From NCBI GenBank assembly GCA_028867435.1, contig JAGWGI010000005.1, forward strand, positions 1-60,272: a stretch of 60,272 nt of DNA, written 5' to 3'. Origin of the DNA: Candidatus Micrarchaeota archaeon (GTDB lineage Archaea > Micrarchaeota > Micrarchaeia > Micrarchaeales > CABMGC01). Below the pieces are notes generated by a model. It did no database searches. It was not told the origin of the DNA and saw nothing but the letters and a program-made list of their open reading frames with translations. Positions 27,696-37,372 of the stretch are shown piece by piece (within the stretch, counting starts at the first letter, position 1; each line of letters starts with the position of its first letter). Both the position numbers and the translations under genes were made by a program.

Positions 27696-29138
27696 CTACT
27701 GTTCCGTATACTTCTCCTCAAGATACCTGAGGTACTTGTTTGGGTTGTATGTTTGCCTTATGGCATACTTTAGAAGATCCCGCGGAGCATATATGGCCCC
27801 GTACTTGTGTATTCTGTCCCTAAGCCACTGCTTAATCTCCCCGAATTCTCTTCCCTCTATGAGCTGGTCTACGTTTCCCATCTCTTCCCTGATAGCCGCC
27901 GAGATCATGTTCCCAAGCGTGTATGTCGGGAAATAGCCGAAAGATCCATCAGCCCAATGTATGTCCTGCAATACACCCACACTGTCGTTTTTCGGCTTGC
28001 TGCCAAAATACTCCACCGATAAATCGTCCCAAACCGAATGTAAATCCGAAACCGATATCTCGCCCGAAACGAGGTCCTTTTCTATATCGTAGCGCAGTTT
28101 TATGTGCTTGTCATATGCAAGCTCACCAGAGTCTATTCTAGCTGCGTTTTTGTCAGCCGCATTGAAATATCTATACAAGTCCTCTTCAGAACCGTTTATC
28201 TTTGCGTGTTTTTTGATTACCGGGTAAATCACCCTAGTAAAGCTCATGCTATGCCCAACCATCATCTCCCAGAACCTTGACTGCGATTCGTCTATAGAAA
28301 ATGAAGCCGCAGTGTAAACTGGCGTATCCCTGAGCTGCGGGTCGATGCCGAATGCATAAATTGCATGGCCAAGCTCGTGCATCTGGTCAAAAAATCTATC
28401 CCTGAACTTCTGCTTACCCCTGCCTGTAGTTATCCTGACATCGTTGGTGTCCAAAGACACCATGAAAGGATGTGCAGAAACACCCTTCACAAAGCTATCC
28501 TTTGGTATGTTCAGCATCCTCAGAAGCTCTTGCGAGATTTTGCGCATCGAAGTCTGGTTGCACTCCACAATCTCGACTGACGAATTCCAATGCATCTGGG
28601 TTTTTTCTGCTATCCTCTCGATCTTCGGAAGTATCTTGGCGAAGATAGCATCCATCTCCCTGACCGTCATATCCTCCTCGAACTGGTGCAGCAGGGCATT
28701 GTAAGGATGCGATTTGTAATCAAGCCTTTCAACAAGCTCTATTTGCAGTTCAACAGTCCTCTCTAGGTACGGCTTGAAGATGCCAAAATCCGATTTTTTC
28801 TTTGCCTCCTTCCATGCGACGTTTGCCTTCACCCTGCATACCTCTATCTCGCTGAGCAATTTCTCAGGTACTAGGCTGTAGTATCCCACTTCGTTCTTTA
28901 GCTCCGTGAGGATTCCCTCCTCCAAGGCATTTTTCCCCTTCAGATTTTTAAGATCACTTTGATAACCCAGCGCGATCCTCTTTTCAAGCACCGCAATGTC
29001 TCCGTATGCACGACCCCTTGCTTCAGCTCCCCCCGGCGGCATTTTCGACTCCTGGTCGCACATCATCACTCCAACTGCATGGTCTAGAGAATTTGAGATC
29101 TTCTGCCTGTCAAGAATTTTCTGGAGCCTCTTGTTCAT
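27696..29138 (-). CDS. M32 carboxypeptidase (Taq family)
   Basis: AHPF, DVRITT, HELGH, ESQSRFWE, GVLQDIHW, GYFPTYTLGN. Confidence 0.95.
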   Translation of the reverse strand: MNKRLQKILDRQKISNSLDHAVGVMMCDQESKMPPGGAEARGRAYGDIAVLEKRIALGYQSDLKNLKGKNALEEGILTELKNEVGYYSLVPEKLLSEIEVCRVKANVAWKEAKKKSDFGIFKPYLERTVELQIELVERLDYKSHPYNALLHQFEEDMTVREMDAIFAKILPKIERIAEKTQMHWNSSVEIVECNQTSMRKISQELLRMLNIPKDSFVKGVSAHPFMVSLDTNDVRITTGRGKQKFRDRFFDQMHELGHAIYAFGIDPQLRDTPVYTAASFSIDESQSRFWEMMVGHSMSFTRVIYPVIKKHAKINGSEEDLYRYFNAADKNAARIDSGELAYDKHIKLRYDIEKDLVSGEISVSDLHSVWDDLSVEYFGSKPKNDSVGVLQDIHWADGSFGYFPTYTLGNMISAAIREEMGNVDQLIEGREFGEIKQWLRDRIHKYGAIYAPRDLLKYAIRQTYNPNKYLRYLEEKYTEQ

Positions 29139-29236
29139 TTGACCAACTTAAACCAATTGACAAAGGGCAAAATTCCTCTAAGGTTTTATAAATGTGTCTG
29201 TATATTTGTTTAAAACCAGCTTGCCTGCGATAGTCC

Positions 29237-30595
29237 TCATGCGCCACCGATATACTTGAGCGTGTCAGTGCTTCCAGGTTTGTTAGGTGAGCCGGAAACT
29301 ATAATATACCTCTTCACTCCCAGTCCCAGAGCAACCTTTTTTACTATCCCGAACATCTCGTCTGTGCTGTTATACTTTCTTATACGCACCCCCCGTATTC
29401 CGTAGTACATGCTGAGCTCCTTTCTTACACGCTCATCCATCACCAGAGCTATCGCATCTGTGTTGGGCCTGAGCCTAGATATGATCTTCGCAGTGCTTCC
29501 GCTCTTGGTCGGTATGAATATGCAATCGGTCTTGTACGAATCCGCAAGCTCCGCAGCCGCGTAGGCAATCCCAAATTTAAGGGTAGTTACCATTGGTTTG
29601 ACTGTTACCTGCCTATTCAGCGAGGACTCTGCGGCTCTAGCTGCCCTTACAAGGAAATTGACTGCAGCCTCGGGATACCTGCCTACTATGGTCTCGTCGC
29701 TGAGCATTAGCCCGTCAGCACCCTCAATTATCGCACTTGCGATGTCGTTGGCCTCAGCCCTTGTCGGGGTTGGGTTGTTTATCATGCTAGTCAGAAGCTG
29801 CGTTGCCACTATTACGGGCTTGCCAGCTTCCCTAGCTGCATTTACTATTTTTCTTTGGACATCAGGTATATGCTCCAAGCTGACTTCTTCACCAAGATCC
29901 CCCCTTGCCACCATTACAACGTCCGCAGCCCTTGCTATTTCATCTATGTCGCGCACTGCATCACGCCTTTCGATTTTTGCTATTATCCCAACCTTGCAGG
30001 CCTTCTTTAGCCTCTCGATGTCCTTTGCAGACCTGACAAATGACTGGCCCACGAAATCAAAACCGTTTTTTACTGCAAACCTTGCAAGCTCCATGTCAGT
30101 TTTAGTCGGTGACTTGAGGTTCATGCTTATGCCGAGCAGGTTTACGCCCTTGCGGCTTGAAATTATCCCATCTTCCAGAGCCTTTGCGGTCACAATCCCT
30201 CCATGAATCTTCTTCACCTGTAGCCTTGCAGAGCCATCCCCAATCTCAATCACTGCTCCCCTTTTGGCATCGAGGTGAAAAGACTTGTAGGAGACCCTTA
30301 TGCTCTGTCCTGTGCCGCTGTAAGAAAACCTGACCAAATCTCCGCGTTTTAGTTGGATCGGCGCACTCATCTTCTCGACCCTGACTTTAGGCCCGGGGAG
30401 ATCTGCAAACAGCGCAATCTCTTTTTGCAACTCCCTAGAAGCCTTTCTTACCTTACGCACTGCCTCGAGCCAGCTACTCTTCTCTCCATGCGAGAAATTC
30501 ACCCTTATGACATCCGCATACTTGAGCACCCGCCTGAGAATCAAATCGCTGCTTATGCTAGGTCCATAAGTTACGATTATCTTGGTCTTTATCAT
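29237..30595 (-). CDS. pyk: pyruvate kinase
   Basis: KTKIIVTYGPS, RVNFSHG, DLPGPKVR, AKIE, MVARGDLG, PTRAE, MLSDET; true start ATG 30595. Confidence 0.95.
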   Translation of the reverse strand: MIKTKIIVTYGPSISSDLILRRVLKYADVIRVNFSHGEKSSWLEAVRKVRKASRELQKEIALFADLPGPKVRVEKMSAPIQLKRGDLVRFSYSGTGQSIRVSYKSFHLDAKRGAVIEIGDGSARLQVKKIHGGIVTAKALEDGIISSRKGVNLLGISMNLKSPTKTDMELARFAVKNGFDFVGQSFVRSAKDIERLKKACKVGIIAKIERRDAVRDIDEIARAADVVMVARGDLGEEVSLEHIPDVQRKIVNAAREAGKPVIVATQLLTSMINNPTPTRAEANDIASAIIEGADGLMLSDETIVGRYPEAAVNFLVRAARAAESSLNRQVTVKPMVTTLKFGIAYAAAELADSYKTDCIFIPTKSGSTAKIISRLRPNTDAIALVMDERVRKELSMYYGIRGVRIRKYNSTDEMFGIVKKVALGLGVKRYIIVSGSPNKPGSTDTLKYIGGA

Positions 30596-30665
30596 CTTTT
30601 CACCATTTATTACACGATAAGCGTTAAGAATATGAACACCTATTATAATAAGTGACGGTGCGTGC

Positions 30666-31631
30666 ATGGCTGTAATACAGGCAAGGAACCTCACCAAAAA
30701 ATTCGGCGAGCTTACCGCAGTAAGCAAGCTAAACCTTGATATCAACGAAGGGGAGGTATTTGGACTTCTAGGCCCAAATGGTGCAGGTAAAACTACTACA
30801 CTATCAATGCTCAGTACGTTGCTTCTCCCAACGGAGGGCTCAGCATCCGTTAACGGATTTGACATCTCAAAAGAAGCCTCAAAAGTCAGGCACAGCATAG
30901 GCTTTGTGTTTCAGGATCCGAGCTCTGACGATTTGCTCACGGGTAGGGAAAACCTCTACCTCCATGCGCTAATGTATGGAGTTAATATGCGCCAGGCAAA
31001 CAAAAAAATGGACGAAGTGCTAAGGCTCGTAAATCTCTCAGACAAGCAGCATCAGAGGATGCGAACGTACTCCGGAGGAATGAGAAGGAGGCTGGAGCTG
31101 GCAAGAGGCCTTCTCCACGAGCCAAAGGTGCTCTTCCTTGACGAGCCTACGCTTGGACTGGACCCGCAGACAAGGGAAAACCTTTGGGGGTACATAAAAA
31201 AACTCTCGCGCGAGAAGAAGGTTACGATAATAATAACCACCCACTACATGGAGGAGGCCGACATGCTCTGCGACAGACTCGCCATAATTGACCACGGCAA
31301 GATCGTCGCACTTGACACACCGGCAAACCTGAAGAAGCTGCTCGGAGGGGATGTAGTGAAGCTGAAGATTAAGAAGCCGAAGCTGGCTGCAGTAAGGAAA
31401 CTAAAGTTCGTTAAAAAAGTCAGGCAGGATGGCGAGATCGTCACTCTCACAGTCCAGGATGCGGGAAAGCATCTTCAGGAAATACTAAGGCATATCGGTA
31501 ATGTAGAGAGCGTGGAGTCCAGAGTGCCGACACTAAACGACGTGTTCATCTATTTCACAGGCAGCGAGATCCGCGAACAGGAGGGTGAGGGCGGATTCTT
31601 TGAAAGGATGATCCGCAGAGGAAATAAGTGA
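30666..31631 (+). CDS. ABC-2 exporter ATP-binding subunit (DrrA-like)
   Basis: GPNGAGKTT, YSGGMRRRLE, LFLDEPT, TTHYMEEA. Confidence 0.95.
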   Translation: MAVIQARNLTKKFGELTAVSKLNLDINEGEVFGLLGPNGAGKTTTLSMLSTLLLPTEGSASVNGFDISKEASKVRHSIGFVFQDPSSDDLLTGRENLYLHALMYGVNMRQANKKMDEVLRLVNLSDKQHQRMRTYSGGMRRRLELARGLLHEPKVLFLDEPTLGLDPQTRENLWGYIKKLSREKKVTIIITTHYMEEADMLCDRLAIIDHGKIVALDTPANLKKLLGGDVVKLKIKKPKLAAVRKLKFVKKVRQDGEIVTLTVQDAGKHLQEILRHIGNVESVESRVPTLNDVFIYFTGSEIREQEGEGGFFERMIRRGNK

Positions 31632-31635
31632 TAGG

Positions 31636-32400
31636 ATGGGAGAACTAAACGGATTGTACGCTTTATGGTACCGTGAATTCAAGGTATTCCAAAGAGAGAA
31701 ATCCCGCCTTCTATCTTCGCTGATACAGCCACTGATGTGGCTGGTAATATTCGGCACAGGGCTTGGATCAAGCATAGAGCTTGGGATATCAGGATCTGGA
31801 ATTAGTTATCAGCAGTTCATCTATCCTGGGATACTGTGCATGACTGTGCTGTTCGGTTCCCTCTTCTTTGGCCTGTATATAATCATGGACAAACGCGTAG
31901 ACTTCATGAAAGAAGTGCTGGTTGCCCCTCTGAGCCGGACAACGCTTTTCTTCGGCAAGGTACTGGGCGGCGCAACAGACGGCACTATAGAAATAATCAT
32001 ACTGATGATACTAGGGGCCCTCTTCTTTGGGATACCATTCACATTCTATTCTGCGATAATTACCTTGATAATCATTGCACTGCTGATGGTTTCCATAATA
32101 AGCGTTGGGCTGATACTCGGTTCCCTGATGAACAGTCTTGAGGGATTTGGCCTTGTAAGCAGTTTTGTAATTTTCCCGTTATTTTTCCTGAGCGGCGCGC
32201 TCTTCCCAGTGAAAAACCTACCAGCATGGCTCTATGCCTTCGTGGCGGCAAATCCTGTATCCTATGCGGTTGACGGTCTGAGAACTGTTATACTTGGCAC
32301 GGGGAGTTTCGGACTGCCAACCGATATTATCGTGGTTCTAGGGTTTGCGGTAGCTATGGTGCTGATCGGAACATATGCTTTTTCCAGAATGAAAATCTAA
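31636..32400 (+). CDS. ABC-2 exporter permease (DrrB-like)
   Basis: KEVLVAPLSR, FLSGALFP, NPVSYAVDGLR; 6 TMs. Confidence 0.93.
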   Translation: MGELNGLYALWYREFKVFQREKSRLLSSLIQPLMWLVIFGTGLGSSIELGISGSGISYQQFIYPGILCMTVLFGSLFFGLYIIMDKRVDFMKEVLVAPLSRTTLFFGKVLGGATDGTIEIIILMILGALFFGIPFTFYSAIITLIIIALLMVSIISVGLILGSLMNSLEGFGLVSSFVIFPLFFLSGALFPVKNLPAWLYAFVAANPVSYAVDGLRTVILGTGSFGLPTDIIVVLGFAVAMVLIGTYAFSRMKI

Positions 32401-32542
32401 AACCGTCTAAATAAAAGCATGCTTCAGCTCTAGCATAAACTGCAGGTGCATCTCCCCATGGCTTTTGGGATGGCCTCGTCATATAACGAAAAACAAAGTA
32501 AAAGACCCAACTTATATAAAGATAGATTTAAATGAATTATTT

Positions 32543-33058
32543 ATGGGTTCACGCGAAAGGTTAAACCTTGAAAAACGCAGGGCATCTAATCGCAGGCGCA
32601 ATAGAAATGTCCTGATACCTTTATTTCTTGCCACTGGTACCACATTGCTACTCGTGTTTATACTGAGCGTGGTGAACAGCAACCTCACGGCAAACGGAGA
32701 TTCTGCCATAATCTTCACGTCTTTTGCCGCAAGCTCCTTCATTATTTTTATGATGCCAAATTCTAGCTCCTCAAACACAGGAAAGTTCATTCTAAGCTAT
32801 TTGATAGGGGGAATCGTGGGGGAGCTTGGTTACTTGTCGTTGCCTTATATTGGCCTCTTCAGCGCCGTAGCCGCTGTCCTCTTCTTTACGTCTCTGCTTC
32901 TGTTCAAGACTAATAACATGCATCCTCCGGCAATGGGTGCAGCCCTTGCATTTGTGATCTTTCATGTAAGTTATGCGGGCTTGCTAGTGCTAGCCTCTGG
33001 AATAATTGTCCTTAGCGCTATCAAAATCTGTGCAGAAAAACTTGGGCTAGAGCCATAA
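32543..33058 (+). CDS. HPP-family membrane protein
   Basis: SFAASSFI, MHPPAMGAAL; ATG 32543 lies ~25 nt after TTATATAAA. Confidence 0.85.
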   Translation: MGSRERLNLEKRRASNRRRNRNVLIPLFLATGTTLLLVFILSVVNSNLTANGDSAIIFTSFAASSFIIFMMPNSSSSNTGKFILSYLIGGIVGELGYLSLPYIGLFSAVAAVLFFTSLLLFKTNNMHPPAMGAALAFVIFHVSYAGLLVLASGIIVLSAIKICAEKLGLEP

Positions 33059-33147
33059 TCTAATAGATATGTTCTGAATGCCATTGCCAGGATCAGCCGC
33101 CTGGATCAAAATCTATCAAACCTTTATGCCTTATTTATGTAAGTTGT

Positions 33148-34227
33148 ATGATGATCATGAAAGCAATAATAGTAACACCAGGGAAAGCTGGCGCCACGCT
33201 TGCAGATATACCGGATACTCCAGACACAGGGATCGTAAAAGTACGCACACTTCATACCGGTATTTGCGGTACAGACCGTGAAATTTATGCAGGAAAACTG
33301 GGTATAACAAGAGTTGAGAAAGGCCAGACACTAGTGCTGGGACACGAGGCTATAGGAGTTGTTGAGAGTGCACCATCAAAATCAGGGTTTGAATTAGGAC
33401 AGATTGTAGTACCGATGGTGCGAAGGCCCGGAGGGTGCGTAAACTGCCTAAAAGGCAGGCAAGATTACTGCACCGATGGTAATTTTACGGAGGCCGGAAT
33501 ACGGGGTAAAGACGGATTTATGCGCGAACATTTCTATGAACGTCCAGAATTCCTGATAAAAGTAGGAGATCCAAGCAACGCCTCCATATGCACGCTTACA
33601 GAACCGACCAAGAACATAATGAAAATACTAGAGGCCATAAATCTGGTAGCGAAGAGGTCGCTATCTGACCTATCTAATGGAATGGCAGGAAAAAACGTGT
33701 GGATATTTGGCACTGGTGCAGAAGGACTTCTTGCAGCAGCAGTGTTCAAGGACGCAGGAGCAAATATAATGATTGTCAACAGGCGGCCTGCCTCGAATGC
33801 GGAACGAACCATTATCAGCGGCATCGGTGCAGGCTTCTTCAATTCCTCTACAGACGATTGGACGGCAGCATTAAAATCTACGCCTATGGAAATAGCGTTG
33901 GATATGGTGGGAGTTCCTGAAATCTTTGAGGTAGCAATAAAGGAGTTGAGCAGAAACGGTATAATTGTGTTATTTGGCACAGGAGGACAGGGGAAATCCA
34001 TGCAACTTGACGGTTCGGCAATAATACACATGGTGGACAAGAACGCCACAGTTGTTGGGTGCGAGGACGGTGCACGCAAGCATTATGAAGAAGCAGTTGA
34101 ATTTCTGGAAAGGTGCAATGCTAAGTATGGACTCAGCAATATCATAACTGGCCACTATACAAGTTCTAATCTTTCAGTTTTGGAGAAAAAAGGCGGCGGG
34201 GAAATAAAGAGCGTCATTGACTGGTAA
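33148..34227 (+). CDS. gdh: Zn-dependent glucose 1-dehydrogenase (archaeal MDR type)
   Basis: GICGTDRE, LGHEAIG, VPMVRRPGGCVNC...DYC, EAGIRG.DGFMRE, EIKSVIDW. Confidence 0.88.
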   Translation: MMIMKAIIVTPGKAGATLADIPDTPDTGIVKVRTLHTGICGTDREIYAGKLGITRVEKGQTLVLGHEAIGVVESAPSKSGFELGQIVVPMVRRPGGCVNCLKGRQDYCTDGNFTEAGIRGKDGFMREHFYERPEFLIKVGDPSNASICTLTEPTKNIMKILEAINLVAKRSLSDLSNGMAGKNVWIFGTGAEGLLAAAVFKDAGANIMIVNRRPASNAERTIISGIGAGFFNSSTDDWTAALKSTPMEIALDMVGVPEIFEVAIKELSRNGIIVLFGTGGQGKSMQLDGSAIIHMVDKNATVVGCEDGARKHYEEAVEFLERCNAKYGLSNIITGHYTSSNLSVLEKKGGGEIKSVIDW

Positions 34228-34261
34228 GTTCTGAATTAATCTGGCACCCACCATGGATGTA

Positions 34262-35374
34262 TCAATAATGCCCCTTCGCCTTCCTTATCTGCCTAATATA
34301 CTCATTCCATGCAGGCTTTGCCCTTCCCTGCACATCTAGTAGCCCGAAATAATCCTCCTGTGGCGGGAACGATTTCCAATAGCTATCCGCTAACCTGTAT
34401 ATCCCCATCCCGCTTATACTATCGCAGGATGCCGCTCGTTTGCATGCGGACGCCACGTACTCTGCCTGCCTCGCTTCATTGAATCCGATGCACTTTGGGC
34501 CTGTCGGATACCCTGTCTCTATCATGTATACTGGAAAGCCTGTCTCCATCCCAGCCCGAGTAGCAATCTCCGCAATCTTTGGCATATCTGTGTTGCGCGG
34601 GTTCACATAGCTGGGATAGGAATCGACCCCGATTATGTCACAGTACTGGCTATACCATTTCCAGTCCACTTTCAGGCCTATGTAATCTATATTGATGACC
34701 AACTTTGCCCTTCGGTATTCTTCTCTCACCATATGTGAAAGTGCCCCCAGGATCACCTTTTGGTTATTTCTGTCCAACCATATCAGTCCAGTTCGCCAAT
34801 CAGCCAGCCCCTGGCCTATCCAGCCATTAGGTTCATTTTCTATCTGCCAGGCTCTGACCCTCCCCTTGTAATGCCTGACTATCTCCCTCGATGCCCTGAC
34901 CAGCCTTTTTGCATATGCCTCCACGTTAGACGTTTTAATATTTTCCGGGACGAAACGGTTATACCCGTCTCCTATTACTGCCATTATCCCTATCCCTGCC
35001 TCATCAAACTCCTTGACAAAGTCATCAAGTGGGAACTCGTATACTCCCTCTTCAGAGGTTTCAAAAAAGTTCCATGGAAACCAGCATCTTACATAGTCTA
35101 TGCCATTCTTTTTGAGAAACGATGCCACCGCTCTTGAAAGTCTCCGTGGTTCATGGCCGTTTTCCTCTTTTAGAAGGGAACCGACAAAATCTCCAACTTC
35201 ATATTTTCTTAACTTCGGGTCTGTCGCAGGAAGGCTGAACCTTCCGTTGTGCGTTTTCTTTCTTAGCAGAAATGGCACTATCACCGAAGGAGGGTCTGGG
35301 ATACCGGCATACCTCCACATATCGTCAATGTCGACCCCAAAATTGAACTTCCCTCCAACCACTTTAAAAGACAT
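34262..35374 (-). CDS. clan GH-A glycoside hydrolase
   Basis: YVRCWFPW, AWQIENEPN (acid/base), DIIGVDSYP, MIETGYP (nucleophile), YFGLL...KPAW. Confidence 0.8.
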   Translation of the reverse strand: MSFKVVGGKFNFGVDIDDMWRYAGIPDPPSVIVPFLLRKKTHNGRFSLPATDPKLRKYEVGDFVGSLLKEENGHEPRRLSRAVASFLKKNGIDYVRCWFPWNFFETSEEGVYEFPLDDFVKEFDEAGIGIMAVIGDGYNRFVPENIKTSNVEAYAKRLVRASREIVRHYKGRVRAWQIENEPNGWIGQGLADWRTGLIWLDRNNQKVILGALSHMVREEYRRAKLVINIDYIGLKVDWKWYSQYCDIIGVDSYPSYVNPRNTDMPKIAEIATRAGMETGFPVYMIETGYPTGPKCIGFNEARQAEYVASACKRAASCDSISGMGIYRLADSYWKSFPPQEDYFGLLDVQGRAKPAWNEYIRQIRKAKGHY

Positions 35375-35619
35375 AGTATTTATTAGACTAAGCGCAAGGC
35401 ATATATAAGTTCCTCGTGTTTGCTGCCCAGAAACTTGATATATGAGGAACTTAAATGCCGCACATTCCGCTTATTTGCTCCATACGTATACTAGTGGCAG
35501 GCTAGCGTAAAACGGCGTCTATTCCAAGTGCCATCTCCCGCAGCACAAGATGCGTGCCAGGAACATATCTCCGACAAGAGGAATTTAAATAATAGATTTT
35601 GGTTGATGGGTGCCAAGTT

Positions 35620-36144
35620 ATGGCTAAAAATAAGCAGATGGTTTTTACTATAGGCCACTCAACACGTAAGCTTAGAGAATTTGTGTGGCTGCTAGATACA
35701 TACAAGATAAAGGAATTGGTAGATATACGCACCATACCAAAGTCCAGGGCCAACCTGCAGTTCAACGAGAAAAGGCTCGTTGCTGGCCTGAAAAGGCATC
35801 ACATAAGCTACAGACATATGGAAGACCTGGGAGGCCTCAGACATCCGTTGAAGGATTCAGCCAATACATACTGGCATAATGCGTCATTCAGAGGCTTCGC
35901 AGATTATATGCAGACCAGCGAGTTTGGAAAGAGCCTCATCGAGCTTATGGGCCTAGCAAAGAAAAGGCAGACAGCCATAATGTGTGCAGAAGCAGTACCA
36001 TGGAGATGCCACAGATTGCTGATAGCGGATGCACTCCTAGCCAGAGGCATAGATGTCATACATATATTTAGTCCCACCAATTCAAAGCCTCATAAGCTAA
36101 CAAAAAGCGCAAGGGTGAACCGACTTAATATAGTGTATAAATAG
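35620..36144 (+). CDS. DUF488 family protein
   Basis: FTIGHSTR, LVDIRTIPKSR, LGGLR, WHNASFRGFADYM, MCAEAVPWRCHR. Confidence 0.92.
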   Translation: MAKNKQMVFTIGHSTRKLREFVWLLDTYKIKELVDIRTIPKSRANLQFNEKRLVAGLKRHHISYRHMEDLGGLRHPLKDSANTYWHNASFRGFADYMQTSEFGKSLIELMGLAKKRQTAIMCAEAVPWRCHRLLIADALLARGIDVIHIFSPTNSKPHKLTKSARVNRLNIVYK

Positions 36145-36173
36145 CTGGTCTGCAAGAGATATTTGGTGCGTTT

Positions 36174-36590
36174 ATGGATAATGTTGCTGCAACGAGCAGG
36201 ATGGTAAGGACTTACATAGCTACCGGGTTCTTGTATTTCGTAGTCGGCACAATACTTCTTGCTTTTAATCTGTCAGGCGCAGTTACTGTAAGTAGAGATC
36301 CGATATTCATACTGCTATTGTATGGTTTTGTCACGCAGCTGATTTTTGGCGTCTCATACATTTTTGTGCCTGGTGTCTCACGCCATAGCGGAGTAAACTA
36401 TAAGGTAATAATCATAGAATACGTCCTCCTAAATGCAGGGATAATTGCATTCGATGGCGTTGCACTCACAGGCCAGCAGGACGCTGCAGTGATCCTGGGA
36501 GGGCTGATAGTGATGATAGTGGCTGTTTTGTTGCATGCAGTTAACATATGGCACACTATAATCGATAGGAAAAGCAGGAATACGACATAG
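36174..36590 (+). CDS. small 4-TM membrane protein (heme-copper oxidase subunit I-like fragment family)
   Basis: LYGFVTQLIFGVSYIFVP signature-like segment; 4 hydrophobic helices. Confidence 0.55.
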   Translation: MDNVAATSRMVRTYIATGFLYFVVGTILLAFNLSGAVTVSRDPIFILLLYGFVTQLIFGVSYIFVPGVSRHSGVNYKVIIIEYVLLNAGIIAFDGVALTGQQDAAVILGGLIVMIVAVLLHAVNIWHTIIDRKSRNTT

Positions 36591-36598
36591 TGTGAGAA

Positions 36599-37162
36599 TT
36601 ACACCATCCTTGATAATGCCTTCTTCTTTGCCTTATCATCGATGTAATCATCTATCCATGGGTACATTTCTTCCTCCTCCATCTTATCGTGCGCCGCCAG
36701 CAACTGTTCCAAGGCATTTTCAAGGGTTGTATCTCTGGTTTTTAAGCCATCAGCCAATCCCTTTAGATCAGCTTTTATCCTATTATGCTGCACTATTAGT
36801 TCATCTATCATTGGTGAGTCGTCTCCCATTTTTTTCTTGGCAAGCGGGAATAAGATATTTTCCTCCCATTTTATATGACGCTCAATCCCCGCCCTAAATT
36901 CCAAAAAAAGTTGCTCTGCTTCTGCCGCCGTTTTCGATTTCCTGAACTCTTGGAAAATGTAGTCAAGCCTTGAATGGTCTCCGGACATCAATCCGTATAT
37001 GTCTTGCTCCCTCTTAGAGTAAGCGCCCTTTGCCTGCTTCCATACATCCCATGCGATGGCAAACTTTATTATCTGCGGTTCTGCGCCTTTTGTCGCTTCA
37101 TACAATGTAAGTTTGTACTTGGTTTTCATGTATTCCAAGAACTCTTTATCGTACTGTTCCAT
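36599..37162 (-). CDS. hemerythrin-like (HHE) domain protein
   Basis: DHSRLD, RHIKWEENILFP, QH, AHDKMEEEEMYP; start ATG 37162 (the longer ORF abuts the tRNA). Confidence 0.88.
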   Translation of the reverse strand: MEQYDKEFLEYMKTKYKLTLYEATKGAEPQIIKFAIAWDVWKQAKGAYSKREQDIYGLMSGDHSRLDYIFQEFRKSKTAAEAEQLFLEFRAGIERHIKWEENILFPLAKKKMGDDSPMIDELIVQHNRIKADLKGLADGLKTRDTTLENALEQLLAAHDKMEEEEMYPWIDDYIDDKAKKKALSRMV

Positions 37163-37264
37163 ACAGTATGAGTTGTTTTTTAAGCAATTTAAGCATTGCG
37201 GGATCAATGTATGCTGCAAATTCACATCGGACTGCCGAGTACTGTAATCGTACCCGAAGTACAT

Positions 37265-37336
37265 CGCCCGCAGCAGGGATCGAACCTGCGACCTACTGGT
37301 TAACAGCCAGTCGCTCTACCACTGAGCTATGCGGGC
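37265..37336 (-). tRNA. tRNA-Asn(GTT)
   Basis: GCCCGCA-TAGCTCAGTGGTAGAGC-G-ACTGG-CTGTTAA-CCAGT...GGTTCGATCCC...TGCGGGC-G. Confidence 0.97.
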
Positions 37337-37372
37337 ATCTCACTTCTTGAAGAACGGGAAGGGCTCTGCAAG
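37335..37372. repeat. 38-bp direct repeat, copy 2
   Basis: Matches 24506-24543; overlaps the first 2 nt of tRNA-Asn. Confidence 0.9.

Noticed and set aside
30596-30898. 100-aa N-terminal extension of pyruvate kinase
   Set aside because: It is the antisense shadow of the ABC ATPase; homology starts at MIKTKII (30595)
25278-37264. Integrated mobile element at tRNA-Asn or tRNA-Lys
   Set aside because: No duplicated tRNA 3' end and no recombinase or replication gene seen
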